A DNA stretch of 62,575 bases, the filler included. It is 10 parts of 10 records of this genome, joined end to end, with 100 filler letters (N's around TTAATTAATTAA, not from the genome) between each part and the next. Parts side by side here need not be neighbours in the genome. Positions count along the whole stretch, not along the records: positions 16,892 to 32,917 come from SRR7504441_11340; positions 33,018 to 37,464 come from SRR7504441_11343; 8 more parts are not named here. One strand, 5' to 3'. Below are positions 21,475 to 34,409 of the stretch, one piece after another. Each line of letters begins with the position of its first letter. Position 1 is the stretch's first letter. A program made the position numbers and the translations under genes. The notes below the pieces were generated by a model, which was not told the DNA's origin, ran no database searches, and was given only the letters and a program-made list of their open reading frames with translations.

Positions 21475-22691
21475 ATGGGGAATCTGCTCAGCTGCTGTGC
21501 GCCAGCCCCGGACTGCGCGCGCTGAGTGACTGCCGGCAGGCCACAACCCGGCCAAGGATATCGATAAGGCGGCCGAGAAGACCGACAACCTCGCCAAGCT
21601 GCACCAGAAGACCCACGAGGCCGAGGTCAAGTGGCTGGCCAGCCTGAAAACAGTGTCGGATGAACACTTTAGCGACGATAACTCCAAGGACGTCCAGGAG
21701 GCTATCGACGAGCTGCAGCATAAGATCGAGGGCGACAAGGAGCGCATAGTGCGCCTGTGCTGCCGTCCGCCGGCTCAGCTGTGTGCAGGATGAGCTGGGC
21801 AAGGCCTACAACGAGCTGCAGGAAAAACTGGACAACATCTCTCGGTAAGCTGCCGCCGCGCCAGGGAGGCGGGGGGGGCTGAGCCGGTGGGCTGCAGCGA
21901 CGTGAAGCAGGAGACTGACGCTCTCAAGAACTTCGAGGATGCCAAGTCGGTGGGTGGCGCTGCGACGGCTAGTAGCATAGCTAGTGCCCTGCAGCAGGCC
22001 TGAGCAATGTGTCGAATGCCCGTGCGCTGGTCGGCTGGCCTGAGCTGCTCGTGTGTATCACAGGACCTTGCCAGCGCACAAAAGGACGCCTTACAGGCCA
22101 GGGGCACGCAGGAAAAGGTCTGCCCGGCTCATTCAGCCGGTGGTCTGATCGCTTTGAGGCAGAAAGATGCCGACACCAAGTTGAAGGTGTGCGAGAGTAA
22201 GCGGAAGAGCGCAGAGTTGGAATGGATCGTAACCGCCCTCTTAGATAGCCCGCACGCGGCTGCAGTACGACTAGTGAGCCAGTCGCGCTGCAGCCACCCA
22301 GAGTCGAGACCATGAGCTGACCCCAACTGTGCAGGAGCGCAAGAATCTGCTGGAATCGTCCAAGAAGCCGAATATCAAGGCTGGCCTGACCGCCTTGCTC
22401 GAGGTGCGATTAACCGCAAGCACTTGGCTGACAGCGTTGCTGCAGAGGCTTGAGGCCTACTACACGCACCACCAGAACTGCACCGCTGCACTCCGAAAGG
22501 AAGTTGACGAGATAGTTGAGACCACTTATGATGTGGAGCCCGCGCCGTTGAGCCCACAGGGCAACCCTGGGCAGATGGGGTCATCCATATCACCAAAGGG
22601 GGCTGCCCAGGCCTCGCCTAGGTCGCCTGCAAGAGAGAATCGGAGTACGCCCGCGTCACCTACCAGAGAGAATCGGGGAATGAGCCGATGA
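21475..22691 (+). CDS. Predicted N-myristoylated/palmitoylated coiled-coil (BAR-like) protein, several introns
   Basis: Spliced N-terminus MGNLLSCCHNPAKDIDKAAEKTDNLAKLHQKTHEAE; helical body; Ser/Pro-rich tail. Confidence 0.7.
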
Positions 22692-23011
22692 GCAACAACG
22701 AGCAGTAAACGAACTGTACATAAACGAACAGATGATCCACACTCTGCAACTGTGCTCTCTAACGCATGTACAGACACGAGTCTGTGTGACGCCTGGGTAT
22801 GGATACACTCATTTGAAAAATCGCATAACAATTCATTGACTAAATCAAGAAATGAATCAATGCCGGCTCATACGCTGTACTTAGGCCGCTCTAAAAGCGC
22901 TCTAAGATACTCGTACATACGTTGTTTCGGATGACGGGCCGACCGGGCCGGTGTACCAGTAGACGTACAGCATCATGTCGGGAATTCTCCGTGTCGGTGC
23001 AGACATATTTC

Positions 23012-25905
23012 TTATAACTGGCTCCCTTTGCACAAATGCCCCCAGCTAGTCTGTGGGTCTAGCTTGACCAAGCTGACGATAGCACGCTTGCTTGAAGGGC
23101 GCCACTGCACAGTGCACGCGTCCTCGTCAATATCATGCTTGAGATTCTCAATCTGGAGACAGTAATTGCCAGCATCGCTCCTAACGCCAACCCAAAAGCC
23201 ATCAAACTCTGCTTTCAGCTCCACCTGCGATAAGGGCTCAGCAGCGTGTCCAATGAGGCCGAGGTCTATAGGCAGTACCGATGCTGCGCTGTCCACTTGG
23301 GGCAGACTCATCGAGAGCTTGATAGTGGCACCATTATCCTCCCAAGAATACCTGCCAGTGCGTCGGCTCAGCCTCCCAAGCGGGGTTTGGTCTGACCCAG
23401 CGATAGTAGTCCAGACATCCTCAGGCGCAACTGGCTCAGCCTTCTTCTTGTACAGCAGAGGAGGTGCGTTGAGCTCATCCAGCTCTCTCTGCCTCTGCTT
23501 CTCCAGGATTCGCTTCTGCAGCTTGGTAAGCTCACGCGGTCCATCTGCATCGAGACAGCAGCGCTTAGAGACCAGCTTTGAGATTATGGGGCTATTACCG
23601 TCCTTGGGCCGGTTCCGTTCAGCCTCCGCAGCACGCTCAGCAGCCTTCTGTGCAGCTTTGGCTGCCCATACCGCTCATTCACCGCCCTGGAGCTTTACTT
23701 GCCTTCTTTGGCTGCCTGCCTGGCCTCGGCGGTTGCAGCTGGTGCAAAGTCTCTGGCCCAGTCTTCATTCCGTTTCTTCCGTGCCTCGAACGCCCACTCG
23801 TCCAGGGGTTTGATCGGTGGCTCCTGCCACAGCTGCACCGTGCGCTCTGCCACTTGCTCGCTCGGTTCAGCTCCAGGCTCCGGCTCTGGGATGTGCTTGA
23901 TCATGTACAGTTTATCTATCAACTTGGCTTTTTCAAACTCCTGCAGAGCTGTCAGGCCACAGCCAATAGCTCTAGGGCGAGGGGCTCGCAAACCTTCAAG
24001 TGCTCTTCGGCGTCCTTCGAGAGCAACGCGCGGTCACGGTAGTGGTCCTGCACGCACGAGTACATCCGCGCCTCGACCTACCCGCAAGTCATGCTGTGGC
24101 CAGCAGCGTACGTTACCATGCCGTAGATCTTGTGGGGGTCGTCATCTTCGATAAAGAATGGTCGGGCATTTGGCCTGGACGACCCAAGCTCAGCCCTGGC
24201 CACAGCGGATGGGCACCTGTGCTTCTTCTGCTCCTTCTTGTCGCCGATTCGCGTGTGATGACGAGGCAGCGAGAACTGGACAGCACTGTCGACACCGAGC
24301 TCAGTCCACAGGCCAACTGCGGTCGGTCACCAGTAGTCGTCACCCTCGTTGACTAGATTCCAAGTGGCTCCCGCCCAGTCGACGTAGCGGTCCCTCTCAG
24401 CCCTGAGATAAGTGTGCGTCTGCACAAAACGGCTCCAACAGCCTGTCACAGCCATGAGCCAGAGCAGGGCCGGCAGGTCACCCCAGCCGGGAAGCGAGAA
24501 CTGGACCAAATTGTTTTCGAGTTTCACGTCGGTAATGTGTCGCGCGCACGTCCCGACCGGCACCTCGACGTTCACCTCCACCTCCTCCAGGTGCTGCATG
24601 TCCTCCTTGCTCACGGTGTGCTCACACTCGTCGAAGCAGCGCGCTCCGAACGTGTCCCCCTCAAACACGCATGTGACGTGCTCCCCTAGGTTCTTCTTTA
24701 CGATCTGCGCCGCAAAGAATGGAGAATTCTCCGCAAATACAGCATCTGGCTGGGTGTCGGGGTCGCATTCAAACGACAGCTTGCGGTCCACAATCACCGT
24801 GCCGCACTTGGTGACCATCCGCAGCCCAAATAGGTCGCCCTCTCGCGTGAATCTGACGTCCTCTTGTGCAATCCCCTCGAGTGGCAGCCATACCACCAGC
24901 TGCACCAGATTCTCGGTCTGGCCCCAGGCATAGAACCACTTCAGCATCGCCTCAGCGATCGCCTGCTCCTCGCCGCCCTTCTCAAGCTGCTTCCTGCAGT
25001 ACTTGAGTGTGCGCAGCTCGCCCTCGCGCGTCTCGTTCGACCGGGCCCACTTGGGCGCTTCGAGCTCCTTCTGCACCTTCTGCACCTTCTCCTGCCGCTT
25101 GATCTTCTCGCTGTACTCCGGGTGGGCACGTACGCCATAGTGCGGCTGCGTGTCGCTGGTGTAGTGCGGCCGGATCACACAGTACTGGCAGACGTTCGAG
25201 TTGCAGGCGTAGCATATGTCGAACGCCGCGTTGCCACACAGGTCGCAGGTGAGCACCACCGCCTGGTCGTTGGCAATGTCCTCCTTGAGCTGCGAGGACA
25301 TCCGCTTGCCCACATCCGACTGGGCGATGAAGTCAACGTTCTCAGATCGCTGCTCCTCGGTCAGGTTGCGCGGCCGGGCGTTGTTGATGGTCCGCTGGTG
25401 CTCGTATTCGCGCATGCCGTCGTGCAGCTTGCGCTGCCGCGGGTTACTGACCAGCGCGTACGATCGCTGGAGCAGAATGAACTTATCCACATCCCCGCCC
25501 CTGCCGCCCGGGCTGAGCAGAGCGGGCAGGCTAAGCCGCACTTGTCGGGGTGGTGCTGCAGCGCCTGCTGCTGGTAGGCCTTCTTGAGCTCCGAGTCCTT
25601 GCAGTCGAACGGCACTCCGAGCACCTTGTACGGGTCATCCTCCAGGATGCCAGTCCCGACCGGCCCGCGAAAATACATGGACTCCTGCTGCTCCTACCCG
25701 TCGACAGTCAGCCAGTCGCAGTCAAGCATGGCCAGCCGACGCACCGAGTCCCGTGTGAATCGCGCTCTCCTGCCTGGTTGCCTCGCTTGCTTGGCGCGTA
25801 ACTCTGCAGGTGTGCCAAGGCGATTCCGTTGTAGATCTGCAGTCTCCGCAGCTTCAGTCAGTGTCAGTCGGTTGCCCCCGTTGCCCCTGCAGCGTACCTG
25901 CATCG
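23012..25905 (-). CDS. DnaJ-domain protein with B-box-like zinc finger and CS/p23-like domains, spliced; start approximate
   Basis: DPYKVLGV...KKAYQQQALQHHPDK|GGD; CDLC...CYAC...CQYC...H; YAWGQTENLVQLVVW; C-terminal SSKRAIVSLVKLDPQTSWGHL. Confidence 0.75.
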
Positions 25906-26041
25906 CTCGTGACAAGATTTCATGCGTGCAGGCTTGGTATGCAGGCCTGGCTTCAGTCGTCCAATTGGCAGTATGCAGTACATGACACAGTTTAATTGAC
26001 CCAGCTATCTATCGGTCAAAAATAAGCGCATGTGCACGTGC

Positions 26042-28889
26042 CTACTGCCTCATCCGCAGCCCCTTGGGGTCGTACAGCGGCCTAAGCCCCAGCTCGGCCT
26101 CCACAAGCTCACCCGCGATCTCCACTTGGAACGAGCCTTGTTTGATATCCTTGGGTGCCAGGTGTCCGCCTCCCGCGGCCCGCACCGAGCCCAGCCCGAC
26201 CGCCGCCCCCACTGTGTGTCCGTACCCTGCAGAGCTGACAAACCCAACTGTGCCTTGCTCGCTGTGGACTATAGGCTCGCCGCCCCACAGCTGCAGCTCC
26301 GGCTGGGTGAGCTTGAGGCTAACCACACGCTCGTTCACCACACCGCTTTGCTTCTGCTCGAGCAACGCCTGCTTGCCACAGAATTCCTTGTCCCAGCACA
26401 CAGCGAACTCGAGTCCGGCCTCGATTGGAGTCACCTGCCCGCGCTCAGCGCTGGCCCTCGCCCCAACCACCTGCGGCGAGAGCTCGTGACCCCAGGCCCG
26501 AAATCCTTTCTCCAGCCGAAGCGACTCGATAGCATAGTACCCGCCGTTGCGCCAGCCGCCCGCTTGCTGCAGCGCGGACCACGCAGTTCGGGCCATCTCG
26601 GTAGGAATGTAAAGCTCCCACCTGCGCACTGCTCAGACAGCCCAGCCGCCCGACACACCCGAGCTCACCCACGTACGACACCCGGGCGGCCCGGGCCATC
26701 GCGTGCCCTAGGAAGAGCTCTTGACTGGTCTGCCCGCCGCTGCTGCCCGGGCTGCTGGGCAGGTACACACCCCGAAAGGAAAAGCGTCAGATGAGAGCGC
26801 AGACTCTGGCAGCCCGCAGGCACGTGAGAGCACGGCTCGACTCTCCGGTCCCTGCAGCGAGAGCACCTGTCCAGGGTCGGCCGGACTGGAGGGGAGGCGG
26901 ACTGTGTAGGCCGAACTGAGGTCGGTGAGACAGACGTGTTCGAGAGAGTGCTGCCGAAGCTGTTGAGAGATCCAGGCCCTGTCGCGCGTGGCCTGTGCAG
27001 TGGCGCCGACCAGCTACACGGTTCGGGTCAGGCGGACCCGAGCGGGGCCGGCACCAGGAAGCTGTCGGGTCCCATCCGGGTGACCGTCAAGTCGCTCTCG
27101 AATCCGCCCTGAGCGTTGCTGCCCGTCCGACTGAGCAGCCAGCCACACCAGCCCGCACAGCATTGGGGTGTAGACCAGGTCAAGCTCAGCCTGCGGGAGC
27201 CGGTTGGCGCAGACCAGGTCGAGCGCCGCCTCGGCCTGCTTGCCCTGCACCAGCAGCTTGCTAAACGAGCTCAAGTCGAACAGAGCAGCTCCGGTCCGGC
27301 AGCCAACGTGCTCCTCGCCAGACAGTTCATGCCAGTCCGGCCGCCCAAACTGCCCCAGGCTCGCTGCTGGCCGCCCGGGCGGCACCGTCGGGCAGCTTTG
27401 GTACTCGGTGCCCGGCGAGAAGAAGTTGACTCTCTCCCAGCCGTACTTGTTCCCCCAGACCGCACCGGCCGAGTCGAGCTCGTCCCAAACAGCCGACCGA
27501 CGGATCGGCCGGCACGACTGGAGCTCGCGCCGCGGCCAGCCCATCGCTGCCCCGGCCGGTGAGGCTTGGCGGGATGGACTAGTCACCGTAGTGCAGGCCT
27601 AGAGTCTCGCGTGTTCTATCAGCCAAGTAGCGAGGGTTGCGCTGGAATGGATGGAACCGGCGGATGTCTACGTCCCAGACGTCGGTGGACGGCTTGCCTT
27701 CGTGTGCCCACTCGGCCACAAGCCGGCCAGCCCCGCCCGCCGAGGCGATACCCGACGAATTCATCCCGGCTGCCACAAAGAAGTTCCGAAGCTCCGGGGC
27801 CTCGCCCAGGATGTACTGGTTATCCGGGGTGAACGACTCGGGCCCGTTGACCATCTGGACCTCCGCAGTCTCGAGCGCCGGGGTGCGCACCAGCGCGGGC
27901 TCCATTAAGACCATGAAATGCTCCCAGTCCTCCTCGAGAAGTCCGAACTCAAATGTGTCAGGCACACCGTCCGTGAAGCACGGCTTGCAGTCCGGCTCGA
28001 ACCCGCCCATCAGCAGCCCGCCGGACCACTCGCGGTAGTACAGGAACGAGTCCAGGTCGCGCATCACTGGCAGGCCCTGCGGCACCCTCGGCTCGAGCGG
28101 CTTTGTCACACAGTAGAAATGCTCGGCTGAGTGGAGCGGGACAGACACGCCTGCCATTGCACCCAGGTTGCGGGCCCACTGGCCGGCGCAGTTGATGAGC
28201 TTGTCACATTTGATCAGCCCCCGGTCGGTCTGGACACCGGTCACGGCGCCGTCGCTCGTGACGACTCCGGTGACCCTCGTACGCTCGTGTAGCTTGACGC
28301 CTTTCATCTTGGCCCCTTTCATCAGCGCGGCGCACAGATCCGATGACGTGGCTGTGCCGTCACCCGGCAGCCACAGCCCGCCCTGAAGATCGGCCACCTC
28401 CATGTAGGGCCAGAGCTCGGCGCATTCGGCCGGGGAAACCATCTCGGCTTCGATGCCAAACCCGCGCGCCCGGCCCGCCCGACGGCGGAGCTCGGTCATC
28501 CTGTCTGCGGTCTGGGCCACGGTGAGCGAGCCGCATTGCTTGTACCCGGTGGCCTGGCCGGTGCTCTTCTCCAAGTCTGCGTACAGTTGGTGCCCGTAGA
28601 CTGACAGCTCTGTCTCCTGCCGAGTAGCCCGCAGCTGCCCGAGAAGCCCGGCTGCGTGCCAAGTGGTGCCGGCGGTCGCCACCGCCTGCTCGATCACCAG
28701 CACGTCCCGGCAGCCCAGCTCGGCGAGGTGGTAGGCAGTCGAGGCCCCGAGAACCCCGGCGCCTACCACCACCACCTCGGCTTGATCCGGCAGACTAGGC
28801 CGCTCGGCAGTCGCCGACTGAGCAGACCGGCAGGGCGTCGGTCGGGGGAGGGCGCGCGCCAGTCGCGGGACGGGACGGAGCGCGTGCAT
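26042..28889 (-). CDS. Mitochondrial sarcosine/dimethylglycine dehydrogenase family (FAD oxidoreductase + GcvT), 7 introns
   Basis: VVVVGAGVLG, GTTWHAAG, NGPESFTPD, GWERVNFF, FDLSSFSK, SYVGELG|WELY, SLRLEKG, LYDP. Confidence 0.93.
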
Positions 28890-29194
28890 TTATCCTTGTG
28901 GCTCGTGGCGCGCCGACGAGACGTTCGGAGGACTGCTCCGAATGCTCACCCTGCAGCTGTGATAGTCGTTGGAGCCTGGCCGTTGAGATCTTGCCACAGC
29001 GTGGGGCTGCATCTAACATGATCAATTCTAATACAATTCTAATACTATTCTAATACAGTACGCATGCATCCTACATGCATCCAAGCACCATCACAAGTAA
29101 TCACTACGATAAGCCGCCGTGCGTTACGCCGCGCGTACGGGTAACACGTACTAAAAACTCGTGCAGGACGTGCAGACATTTTGATGAAACAGTG

Positions 29195-30598
29195 TCATGC
29201 TGTGTGCGCCGTCACGCTGGTTGTACTCAGGTGATCTTTGGCATGAATCTCGAGTTTGGCAGGCGGCTGTCCCGCTGTTTGCATCGAACCCTCGGCGCTG
29301 CAGTAGCTCTGTGCCAGTTGTGCTGACCGCTGATTGGCTCCAGCTAGTGTTTGCGGCCATTGCAGTGCCTGAGCGGTCCCGGCGACCATCCGGGCCAGCC
29401 TCTGGTGCCGGCTGCCGGGCAGCTCGGAGATCTGGACCAGTCGGTCTTGGATTGCTTCAAGCTGAACAGCATCAAGCTGCTTCACTCGATCAGCAGCCAC
29501 CCTCTCCACCATCGCAGCCACAGCTCGGCGCAGCTGTCGCGTCACTCGATCGCTGGCCGCCAATGCGTCCAACACGGGCGCCAGCAGGTAGCTTGAGCCT
29601 GCCTCAGCCCACCAGTCCCGCACTGCCTCAGCGAGCGTGCGAGCCATCTCAGTCGCCTCTGGATGGCTCCAGCCCGACAGCGAGCCCCCTCCTCCCTACA
29701 TCCCGACATCAGCTACCCAGGCAGCCGGCCGACCCACCCATAGCTGCTCGAGTCTTGAGGCCGCCCGGCCCACAGCCTGCTCGTCCAGCTCTTGCGTCTT
29801 TGAGCCGGCTGTTGCCGCAAATAACTCGGCGAGCACTTGCCGCTCCTGCGGCCCGGAGCGGCACTGGCGCCAAGTGGAAGTCGCCACGGCCACCAGGATC
29901 ATACAAGGGCCAAGTAGCCACCAGAAGAGCGCCCAGTACGGGGTTGACAACGCGATGCAGACCGCCACGACCCGGGCCAGCGCGCACGCCTGCAAAGACC
30001 AATCGACAGTGCTCGAGCCACGAAGCCGGAGCGTCACTCCGAACTCGACCGCCTCGGTCACCGAGCCCACAGTCCGGTCGGCGTAGACCCAATAGGCGGG
30101 CAGCGCCACCGCGCCGACCAGCAAGGGCAGCGGCAGGAGCAGCGGCGCCAGGGGCCAGAGCGACCAAAGCAGCGCGCAGCGGATGACCCCGCTGAGCACC
30201 ACCAGGCTGACCGGCTCGCGCACTGGTCGGTAGCCGCACCCGAACAGCCGGTCCACAGGCTCTAGTTGGAGCAACGGCAGGCGGAGCGCTCGCCGGGCAA
30301 GCAGCTCGAGCCCGGCGGCCACCAGCGCACAGGCGAGCAGCGGCGCCGAAACTGGCATTAGCAGGAGGGCCGCGCGTGGCTGGCGCGCCACCAGCTGGAC
30401 AACCCAACCGGCGGATGCCTGGTGCCGGGCCATTAGCGCCGCAATCGTCCGGGCCTGGCGCTGCAGCTCAGCGACCAGCGAGGTGACGGAGGCGGTGCCG
30501 ATCTCAGCGGCCCGGGCCTTGAGCGCACGCGGCGTGGCGCCCCCGAGGACCGTGGCCATCCGGTGCTCCAGAAGAGCCAAGCTGCGCGCATCCATCAT
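29195..30598 (-). CDS. Hypothetical membrane protein, spliced
   Basis: Several hydrophobic segments; an intron near 29696-29737 joins two ORFs in frame. Confidence 0.5.
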
Positions 30599-30650
30599 CG
30601 AAGAGTTGCCAAGTTCAAAGCTGCAGCTGGCTGGGCGCTGAGGTACGGGC

Positions 30651-31521
30651 ATGGGAGCGGTGAATGCACTGGCGTTTCCCAAGCCGCCGCGGGAGTGGAG
30701 CGAGGCAGACCTGCGGAATGCGCCTGAGCTGGTCTGGCTGCCGCTGCCCGACTACGACGAACCGCTGCCGGCGCTGCACATTAAGGTGGCGGCCCCAGAG
30801 CCCAAGTTCACCCTACTTTACTCGCACGGCAACGCGGAGGACATTGGGCTGTCGCTCGGATACCTGCGGAGCATGGCGGCCTACTGCGAGTGCGACGTGT
30901 TCGCTGCCGAGTACGTTGGCTACTCCATAGCACCGGGCAAGCCTTCCGAGCAGGGATGCTTCCAGAGTAGCCGCCCGCTGCCCGCCCGGCTGAGCGTTCG
31001 GTGCAGGCATCGACGCGGCCTGGGAGTATCTGACCAACGGCCCGCCCCGAGTGCCGGCGCACAGGATTGTGCCGTTCGGCCGATCTCTCGGCTCCGGCCC
31101 GACTGTGGACCTGGTGAGCCGGCACCCCGAGATTGCAGGGATGGTGCTCCAGTCCGGGCTCGAGTCCGGGGCCCGGGCGGTGGCCAACACGTTTGTGTCG
31201 TTTATCGGGCGGCCGTTGGATATCTTCCTGAACTACGCCAAGATAGACAAGGTCGAGGCTCGCACGCTGATTATTCACGGCACAGCCGATAGAGTGGTGC
31301 CGGCATCAAACGGACGAGCGCTCTACACGGCCTTGGAGAAGCGCGGCCTGGCGCACGAGCCGCTCTGGCTCGAGGGGCGCGGGCACAACGACTTGCCGCA
31401 GGGGCCGTGCCTGGACGCAGTGAAGGGGCTGCTAAAGCACCTAGCTAAGCTCCCGGAGCCAAAGGGAGCGCCTAGCGAGGCGGACGAGGGCTACCGGGGC
31501 GCGCCGATGCCGGTGTTTTGA
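30651..31521 (+). CDS. ABHD17-like alpha/beta hydrolase (protein depalmitoylase family), 1 intron
   Basis: LLYSHGNAEDIG, EYVGYS, GRSLGSGPTVDL, IIHGTADRVV, GRGHND. Confidence 0.92.
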
Positions 31522-31555
31522 TCCCTTATTAGAGTGTGTTTATTAGCTCGAGGTT

Positions 31556-32020
31556 TTAGTTGGTCAAATACAAATTGATTGCGCTCCAAAGTACATAGCC
31601 ACCGTAGCACGGCAGATCGAAGTAGTAGAGCGACCTCAGCTTGGTACGGGCCTCAGGGCTGGTCGTGTCCCCCAACCGCCAGAACAGCGCCACTTTGCAT
31701 CCCATCAACACCGACATGGCTGCGCAAAACGGCGCCCGCAGCGCTGGGTCCACCAGCCCGGCCCACCCGACGCAAAGCGGGAGCAGCACGCCGTAGGCCG
31801 AGTAGGCGATCATTAGCACCGCCCACACCTCGGCCACCGCCTCCCGGGCCTGAGTGCCCAGCTCGGTACGTTTGATCCGCCGGGCCGGCTCGGGGACGAT
31901 TTCGAGGAACCACTCGGGCCCGTTGGCGTAGAAGGCGCTGTAGGTGCCGGCCAGCAGCATCAGGTCGACCAGGGCCGGCGCCCAGAACAGAAACTCGGCG
32001 CTGTCCTGCAGAGAGACCAT
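31556..32020 (-). CDS. Small hypothetical membrane protein
   Basis: ATG at 32020; four hydrophobic helices; GC-rich coding-like composition. Confidence 0.6.
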   Translation of the reverse strand: MVSLQDSAEFLFWAPALVDLMLLAGTYSAFYANGPEWFLEIVPEPARRIKRTELGTQAREAVAEVWAVLMIAYSAYGVLLPLCVGWAGLVDPALRAPFCAAMSVLMGCKVALFWRLGDTTSPEARTKLRSLYYFDLPCYGGYVLWSAINLYLTN

Positions 32021-32595
32021 GTGTGTCCCACGAATCGAATTCCCCCGCTGGTTTCTTCGGCTGCTCGGTATCCTCGAGGCCTGGGGCGGTTTCCAAACGG
32101 ATTTTCCACTTTGTCGCACTTGTCAGCTTTCTCAATAAGGCGTGTTTTTCATTCAAGCCCATGAACAAACACTCAGCATGGCGAGCGCGCTATGCGGAAC
32201 GCATGCACTGTATGCACCAGGGTGCCCGCACGTGTACGCGAATCTTTGTCATGCCGGCTTCTTCGGCTTCTTCGGATCGGCTTTAGATCTCGAGTATATC
32301 TTGATGGCACCGGCCAAGTGCTGGCAATATCATCGCCCTCGATCGAGGTGGGGGCCAGCTGTCCTATTGTTTGCGCCGCATACAAAGCGCTGCTAGGAGT
32401 TTCATTCATGTTTGTTAATTACAAGTAATATATCGCAATACCACATGCGGTACAATTCACCTCGCGACATGCAAATTTAAGAGCCGAGCGCCCGCTCTGA
32501 TCCGCGCCATCCCCCTGACCATCTCTCCACAACTGCCGCGGGGCTGGGATCCGCCAGCTTGGGCCTCCAAGCCAGCCCCGACCCGAGATTGGGGT

Positions 32596-32876
32596 TTACT
32601 GTGGCGGCGGCGGTTTGGGCTGACCTGAGCCACCCGGCTGGGGGCGCCGGCGTCAGGCCGCCACCTTGCGCCGTGCGCTGGAGCAGACTCGGCCCGCCGC
32701 GCCCCTTGCCGGCCTTCTCCATCATCCAATCGGCCGAGTCGAACCGCTTCATCTTCTCCTGCACCCCGCCGGTTCCGCCGAAGCTGCCGGCGGGGCACCC
32801 GTCGGTTGAAGGCGGCCACCCGGTTCTTGTCCATCCCCTGGAACTTGGCCTGCGCCAGTCTCTCCTGCTCGGCCAT
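32596..32876 (-). CDS. Endosulfine/ARPP-19 family PP2A inhibitor, 2 introns
   Basis: Spliced ...AFNRR|EKMKRFDSADWMMEK... contains the Greatwall target motif FDSADW. Confidence 0.85.
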
Positions 32877-33276
32877 CGTATCCGCCGCGCCTGCCCCCCC
32901 CCCCCCCCCCCCCCCCCNNNNNNNNNNNNNNNNNNNNNNNNNNNNNNNNNNNNNNNNNNNNTTAATTAATTAANNNNNNNNNNNNNNNNNNNNNNNNNNN
33001 NNNNNNNNNNNNNNNNNAATAAACCGGCTGCTATCAGGGTGTCGGTTGGTTCGCCTAATCCTCGCTCGCCCTACAGCATCGCCGTCATGCTCTACAACTC
33101 GTCCACCGGACGTCTCAGCCGCACGGGGCCAAATCGGCCATTTTAGGCTAGTGCATTGACGGTATTTTACTACGTAGGTATTTACATAAAGTTGCAGTCT
33201 CAGAGTGAGTACTTGGACTCGACGCTATGATACACGTATGCGCAATTTAGAGTTGGTTGACAATGTATACACTACG

Positions 33277-34332
33277 CTAGCTCGGCTTTGTCAGCCGAAT
33301 CAGCACAAACACGTCGCTCCCTACCTCCGAACCTGCCGCTGCCAGACCTCAGCCGCGCCGCCAAGCCGGCCGGGCACCGCCCGAGCACTCTCTCAAGACC
33401 CGCTCGGTCGCTCGGATCGCCTGCCCTGGCTCGGACCGCCCGATCGGGCCGCCCACCTCCTCCGGCAGCTCGCTACTGACCACGGCACCAGGCCCAAGCT
33501 GCGCGGCCGCTTCTGTGACAAACGCTGTGTGACCTGCTCGCGACTCCTCACTGATTGCCACAAAGCTGCCGCCCGGTCGGAGGGCCGAGAGCACGTACGA
33601 GAGCAGCCCGGGCATCGGCTCCGGCTGGTACATTATGTCAGCCCCGATCACCACATCAAAAGCGCCTGCCGTGCCGGATCGCGGTGCAGGGCTCGAGCGG
33701 CGCACCCGGCTCGGCTGGAGGCTCACGCCAATCAATCAGCTCGACCTGGACCGTCTCCAGCTGATTGAGTGCCACATTGGCCTCGAGCTCCTGCCCTCGG
33801 CTCGCCTGGCCCTGACCCGCCGGGGTACCGGAATGACTAAACGGTCGCAGTCGCTCAGCGTGCACTGGGCGGCGAGCCCAGCCACTGCGCAGCCGGCCAC
33901 CCCGAGTCCGCTCCCGAGCTCGAGCACCCGCTGGCCCGCGAACAGGCCCGGGCAGACCTCGAGCGCCCAGCACCCGAGCAGTACGCTGGCAGCCCAGATG
34001 GTGGAGCCCGACCGGCTCATGTCGCCCCGAGCGGCCCACATCCGACCGAAATGGAGCAGATCGCCGTCTCCGATCTCGCCGAACCCGCCGGGGTCGACTG
34101 CCGACCGGAAGCGCAGCGGGGGGGCGTGGTCGGCCAGCTGGAGTTCAACGAGCTCGGTGGCGGCCGGCTCGGGGGGCTCCTCGGGCGGCTCCTCGTCCAT
34201 GTGCTCGAACAGAAAGGCCAGTGCTGCCTCCATGTCGCCACCGGCGTGCGCGGCCGCCCGCAGGCACAGCGGCATCCCGAAGCCGCCCTCCCGGTGGAGT
34301 TGAGCCGCCAGCTCCTCCTCCTCCATTGACAT
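33277..34332 (-). CDS. UBA-like domain + Methyltransf_16 protein lysine methyltransferase, spliced
   Basis: GGDMEAALAFLFEH; SGSTIWAAS, VLELGSGLG, LSD, LIDW, FDVVIGADIMY. Confidence 0.85.
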
Positions 34333-34409
34333 AGTTCCGTTACTTCTCGGAAGCTGATTAGCTCAAGTTGGCACCACTTGATTTTGGCAGCACGGTGCCG
34401 GCGACCAAG

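Noticed and set aside
18198-28889. AcnX and sarcosine/DMG dehydrogenase as an osmolyte-catabolism cluster
   Set aside because: Separated by ~6 kb of unrelated genes; no evidence of co-regulation.
32894-32917. Poly-C run at a contig end
   Set aside because: Likely a sequencing or assembly homopolymer artefact.
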